A stretch of 34,046 nt of DNA, taken from a virus. The number at the start of each line of letters is the position of its first letter. The stretch's first letter is position 1. The stretch lies in IMG/VR virus record IMGVR_UViG_3300045988_161943; one strand, written 5' to 3'. The notes beneath the pieces are model-generated. The model had not been told where the DNA came from. It worked only from the letters and a program-made list of their open reading frames with translations, and searched no databases. Both the position numbers and the translations under genes were made by a program. Positions 30,635 through 34,046 of this stretch are shown in pieces.

Positions 30635-30754
30635 TCACACCGCGTTCTTATCGGTGATTTCACCCACTTCTGTCATCAGTCCGAACAACATGTAGGTGTC
30701 ATGCTTGCAACGCTCCATGCAGGTTGTCATCGCCTGCTCTTGATACTCATTCAA
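30635..30754 (-). pseudogene. MazG-like NTP-pyrophosphohydrolase remnant (39 codons, TTG start).
   Basis: (M)NEYQEQAMTTCMERCKHDTYMLFGLMTEVGEITDKNAV* resembles only the first helix pair of MazG (LNEYQ...GL.gE.GE...). No continuation exists in any frame. Confidence 0.3.
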
Positions 30755-30765
30755 TGATATCCTCG

Positions 30766-31275
30766 CTATTTTGTCCTATTGAAAATTTCAAACAACCGAT
30801 TATAAATCTCTGCAAAGCGTTTTCGCTGTTCTGTATCGGTCAATGTATTTGTGAACTTATGGGCGACAATCCGTTTCCTCTCATCCCATATTATTCGGGC
30901 CTTATCGACGCCGGGGACAAAAAAGATATTCGGATATTTGCGCCATTGGATCAATGTGCCAGATTTAACCATCGTGAGTATCTCTGCCGGAAGCGTCTCT
31001 TTCGTCGCTTCGACAGAAAATATTTTCCCTCGTTCTCGTTCGATTGCATTCTTCGTTTTTTCGATTTCTGCCTGTAAACGTCGGAGTGAATCATTCTGTC
31101 GATCCCATTTATCGAGTGTTGACCGACCGTTGCGCTTATCATTCAATGGTTGACCGTTAGATTGTTTAACACAATTGAAATGGTTTAGCAATCTGTTATC
31201 GAAGATCTGCTGTTTCTTTTTCAGCGATTCTTCGAGGATTTCAAGGCGTTTTGTCGATTTCATTGCATCCATCAT
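30766..31275 (-). CDS. Hypothetical protein (169 aa).
   Basis: Intact ORF. It shows weak resemblance to DUF3560-type proteins (GQPLNDKRNGRS...). Confidence 0.55.
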   Translation of the reverse strand: MMDAMKSTKRLEILEESLKKKQQIFDNRLLNHFNCVKQSNGQPLNDKRNGRSTLDKWDRQNDSLRRLQAEIEKTKNAIERERGKIFSVEATKETLPAEILTMVKSGTLIQWRKYPNIFFVPGVDKARIIWDERKRIVAHKFTNTLTDTEQRKRFAEIYNRLFEIFNRTK

Positions 31276-31310
31276 ATCTGTAATTATTTCGAGATTTTGC
31301 GAGAATCTCG

Positions 31311-31934
31311 CTATTTCACCAATTCGAACTCATAAGCCACGACCCACGGATTGCGTTTCCACGTTCCCCGTCCGGACACCTTGTCGATCAGCGAAGCGAA
31401 GGCTTCGCGGGGAGTGTCAAACCCATCATCGCTATTTCCAAAAAGGCCGTAAACTTCGTATTTGTCGTACTCTACACCCCCTAAGATACCCTCCTTCATG
31501 CAATCCTCCTCCGAAATATCCTGCAACCGTTCGCACTTGATTCCGGTGATGCGGATTCGGTGCGGCATAAGGTCTGCACGGACAAACTCCTTGTTGCTCC
31601 ACCCTGCAAGCTTAACAACATCATCTGTATGTTCTATTCTATACGCTTTGCATAGCCTATCATCATACTCTTGGCCGACGACAATATTTCTGACATAGAA
31701 ATAGCTTTCCGCAATGGCAATGAGTTCACCGATCTTGTAGCGGGTTTTCACATGATGAATATCTACACCCTGAGTGGCGAATACGAGATATCCGTCGTCA
31801 TAATAATACGAATCGGAATCAGTCACCATCTGTTGAAGATCGGAGTTAAATTCGATTCGTCTCGTCATGGTCTTTCGGCCCTCAATGACCGCCTGCGTCA
31901 AGCCGTAGCGGTCGTTGAACATAATCTTTTTCAT
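31311..31934 (-). CDS. ASCH-domain-like protein (207 aa).
   Basis: The N-terminus is MKKIMFNDRYGLTQAVIEGRKTMTRRIE (ASCH-type, ..G.KT.TRR). Confidence 0.55.
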   Translation of the reverse strand: MKKIMFNDRYGLTQAVIEGRKTMTRRIEFNSDLQQMVTDSDSYYYDDGYLVFATQGVDIHHVKTRYKIGELIAIAESYFYVRNIVVGQEYDDRLCKAYRIEHTDDVVKLAGWSNKEFVRADLMPHRIRITGIKCERLQDISEEDCMKEGILGGVEYDKYEVYGLFGNSDDGFDTPREAFASLIDKVSGRGTWKRNPWVVAYEFELVK

Positions 31935-31935
31935 A

Positions 31936-32130
31936 TTACTCTCCCAATCTCTTAATGGCTTCCAGAAATACGGCGGACCAGTTCAATGCAGGGGTATCGT
32001 TCGGGTCATCCATATTGAGTTCCGGCGTGAATTTGGTGGAGACGGAGACTTCATTCCCATTTTGGGTAATCTGGACGACAGCCGTCTGCTCATTGTCCTG
32101 AAAAGTGATTTTTACCTGATTGTTTTTCAT
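31936..32130 (-). CDS. Hypothetical protein (64 aa).
   Basis: Intact ORF, 1 nt from the next start. Confidence 0.5.
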   Translation of the reverse strand: MKNNQVKITFQDNEQTAVVQITQNGNEVSVSTKFTPELNMDDPNDTPALNWSAVFLEAIKRLGE

Positions 32131-32176
32131 AGCTAACTTATTTTGAGGTATTCAAATTCGTATTTTAATTACTTGG

Positions 32177-32650
32177 TTAATTTTTCATGAAGCACATCCA
32201 TATCGTTTTTCCGTGTTTGGATGTCGGGTGTCCGAACAACGGTTTATAGGGGATGATGTCCAATATTTGCCGAACTTTTATCTGATCCTCGTTCCATTTG
32301 AATATCAGAATTCCTTCCGGCTTCAAGACCCGCATACATTCATCGAAAGCAGCACGTATATCCGTTTCCCAAGAAGGAAGAAGCATTCCGTATTTCTGAG
32401 CCAACCATGACGTGCCGCCTAATTTTCTGAGGTGCGGCGGATCCAATACAACCAGCCGGAACGATTCATCGTCGAAAGGCATAGCCCGAAAATCTCCGAC
32501 TATGTCGGGATCCACCTTGATATGACGCCCATCACAAGCGATGAGTTCCTCGCGGCGAATATCCATAAACAGATCTTCTGAACAACGTTTGTCGAACCAC
32601 ATCATACGGGATCCGCAGCATGCATCGAGAATCTTTTTGTCTGTCTTCAT
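32177..32650 (-). CDS. Small SAM-dependent DNA methyltransferase (motif I LDACCGS, motif IV DPPH).
   Basis: KILDACCGSRMMWF, FRLVVLDPPHL and MRVLKPEGILIFKW. Confidence 0.65.
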   Translation of the reverse strand: MKTDKKILDACCGSRMMWFDKRCSEDLFMDIRREELIACDGRHIKVDPDIVGDFRAMPFDDESFRLVVLDPPHLRKLGGTSWLAQKYGMLLPSWETDIRAAFDECMRVLKPEGILIFKWNEDQIKVRQILDIIPYKPLFGHPTSKHGKTIWMCFMKN

Positions 32651-32796
32651 TGCTTTTCGTATTCATTTATCGTTTCGAAAATCCGCAGCGCCACCTGCGG
32701 GACTATGGTGTTGCCGTAGGCTTTGATCGTCCAGCCGGCCCACGCGGCCGCCAGGTCGAAGCCGCCGATGCCGCTGAATAGGGAGGCGTGGGTCAT
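32647..32796 (-). pseudogene. Internally deleted DNA (cytosine-5) methyltransferase remnant (49 codons): motif I fused directly to motif X.
   Basis: MTHASLFSGIGGFDLAAAWAGW | TIKAYGNTIVPQVALRIFETI. The catalytic PC and ENV motifs and the TRD are absent. It starts 2 nt after the PAPS-reductase stop, and its stop overlaps the next ATG (ATGA at 32647-32650). Confidence 0.6.
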
Positions 32797-32798
32797 GG

Positions 32799-33677
32799 TC
32801 ATTCGCATAATCCGTAATAACTCATGCAGCTCGTAGCCGTGTCGTCGTCGAACAAACTGCCCGTCGCGTTCTGCCACTCGACATACCGCACGACATCGCG
32901 GATGTATGGGTATTTGTTACCGTTGATGATTGCATGGGTCGGGATCTTACTCGATCTGAAAAACGTGGATCGCAATTCATTTTCGATTTTTGCAATGTAG
33001 TCGATCCGCTCAGGGGATTGCCGAGCAAGACTGAGAATGTCCCGATGATTCGTCATCACACACGGCCAGCAACCGACACGCTTGTATCCCATCCGGTAGA
33101 GCGGGTTCGGCTCCAACCCTGCGGCAAGGATATAATCTATCACCTGCTGTGCCGACCAGTCGAACACGGGCCGCAACAGATCATCAGCGAACTGCGCCCG
33201 AAATGCTCGTACCTCCTTGCCTCGATAGGAATGTCGTTTCGGTCGGCCGTTTTTGTCATAACCGTAAGGCTCGAAATAGTACTTGAAATACGTGCATTGG
33301 GCTTGCATTTTGGCCCGCGCCGATGATTCCGCTGCTCGAATGCCTTGAATTATCAGCATATTGTCTTTTACCTCGTCGAGTACATAGTCGATCATCGGCT
33401 TCGTTTTAAGTTCCTCTGTACAAAACCGTGCATAGAAAGAGGGCCAACGCTTTTTCTGCCGCGCGAGATCGACCATCCCGTCGTACTTCTTCGACTTCAA
33501 TGTTACCAAGTCAAGATGCAGCTTGTCGGCGATGCGGTGGATATACTCGTAGGTCAGCGGGTGTTCCCAACCCGTATCACAGAACACCGTCGTGAAATTA
33601 TTGGTGATATGCTCCCGCGTCCAAAGCAACGCCGCAAGGCTGTCTTTACCGCCTGAAAAGGATACGATGACTTTCAT
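32799..33677 (-). CDS. PAPS-reductase / PP-loop ATPase family protein (phage DndC-like).
   Basis: MKVIVSFSGGKDSLAAL (SGGKDS PP-loop) and ...RVGCWPC... The start at 33677 (cat at 33675-33677) is preferred; the track start at 33932 is an extension overlapping the upstream gene. Confidence 0.8.
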   Translation of the reverse strand: MKVIVSFSGGKDSLAALLWTREHITNNFTTVFCDTGWEHPLTYEYIHRIADKLHLDLVTLKSKKYDGMVDLARQKKRWPSFYARFCTEELKTKPMIDYVLDEVKDNMLIIQGIRAAESSARAKMQAQCTYFKYYFEPYGYDKNGRPKRHSYRGKEVRAFRAQFADDLLRPVFDWSAQQVIDYILAAGLEPNPLYRMGYKRVGCWPCVMTNHRDILSLARQSPERIDYIAKIENELRSTFFRSSKIPTHAIINGNKYPYIRDVVRYVEWQNATGSLFDDDTATSCMSYYGLCE

Positions 33678-33690
33678 GGTTTTATCTCGT

Positions 33691-34046
33691 TTAGTACTCC
33701 ACCGCTTCCCTGCGATCGATGAAGAAATGAATACCCGGTGCACATTCGCTCCACCTGTTATCGTCGAAATCCGGAACTTCGACTGTGGCACCGACGGTGT
33801 AGACGAAGTTTTTGTCATGGTCGGAACGAACGGTATCCTCAGTTGCCTTGGTGCCGTCCATGTTCTGAATCTCCATGACGTATGCTTTATCGCAACGGCA
33901 TTTGTGTCCCGTTGCCGAACTGCGCCGTGCATCTTCCGGAATTCGTAATTTTACGATATGCCCAGAGGCTTTTTTCCAACCGATGAAACTACCCTCAGTC
34001 GGACATGATAGATAACATCCCTTGGCATCGCGCAGGTTGGCACCGC
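33691..34046 (-). CDS. Same pentapeptide-repeat protein, C-terminal globular domain (about 112 aa). Positions 33992-34046 duplicate 1-55.
   Basis: In-frame reading is ...GANLRDAKGCYLSCPTEGSFIGWKKASGHIVKLRIPEDARRSSATGHKCRCDKAYVMEIQNMDGTKATEDTVRSDHDKNFVYTVGATVEVPDFDDNRWSECAPGIHFFIDRREAVEY*, with TAA at 33693-33691. The track shows only the internal-Met fragment 33691..33876. Confidence 0.85.
   Translation of the reverse strand, partial: GANLRDAKGCYLSCPTEGSFIGWKKASGHIVKLRIPEDARRSSATGHKCRCDKAYVMEIQNMDGTKATEDTVRSDHDKNFVYTVGATVEVPDFDDNRWSECAPGIHFFIDRREAVEY
33992..34046. repeat. Terminal redundancy copy 2.
   Basis: Exact 55-nt match to 1-55. Confidence 0.9.

Noticed and set aside
31290-31310. The 7-bp hairpin CGAGATT-N7-AATCTCG between the ASCH and 169-aa genes as a terminator.
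   Set aside because: There is no U-tract on either strand, and it sits inside a coupled operon. It is possibly a minor regulatory or stability element, but the evidence is too weak to call.

Overview
The window is a complete, circularly permuted genome of a temperate tailed phage. The first 55 nt (1-55) recur exactly at 33992-34046, so the unit length is 33,991 bp. The style looks Bacteroidota: several TAnnTTTG -7-type promoter boxes, A-rich leaders without Shine-Dalgarno sequences, a Bacteroides-type tyrosine integrase, and an ORF6N domain. Almost every gene is on the minus strand and tightly packed, with many ATGA start/stop overlaps that I checked in the sequence.

Modules in minus-strand transcription order:
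- 33677->28554: DNA-modification and accessory genes. These are a PAPS-reductase-like protein, an internally deleted C5-MTase remnant, a small DPPH methyltransferase, ASCH, YopX, DUF551-like and small proteins.
- 28473->10000: late operon. It holds a small HTH, TerS, TerL, portal, HK97-type protease, major capsid, connector/tail proteins, tape measure, a LamG-type fibre, and a holin / M15 endolysin / membrane-protein lysis cassette.
- 8104-9986: lysogeny region with divergent small HTH regulators and an ORF6N::integrase fusion on the plus strand.
- 7947->556: Xis-like protein, a tRNA/structured-RNA cluster, a truncated MTase-like gene, KilA-N, a Rad52-type annealase, an SSB-like protein, a replication initiator with internal iterons, a DnaC-like loader and VRR-NUC.
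- Across the contig junction (578->1, then 33991->33691): a 292-aa pentapeptide-repeat protein. The supplied ORF track misses it.

Most unusual items:
- The junction-spanning pentapeptide-repeat gene, built from 28 near-identical 15-nt units.
- A perfect 302-bp tandem duplication in the tRNA cluster. It carries a 231-nt GC-rich, structured-looking spacer RNA, a chimeric tRNA and a non-canonical 103-nt tRNA-like gene.
- A three-copy conserved late-promoter element with fixed 28-nt spacing.
- An integrase whose arm-binding N-terminus is replaced by half an ORF6N domain.
- Decayed methyltransferase remnants.

All functional calls come from motif recognition by eye. No database search was possible.
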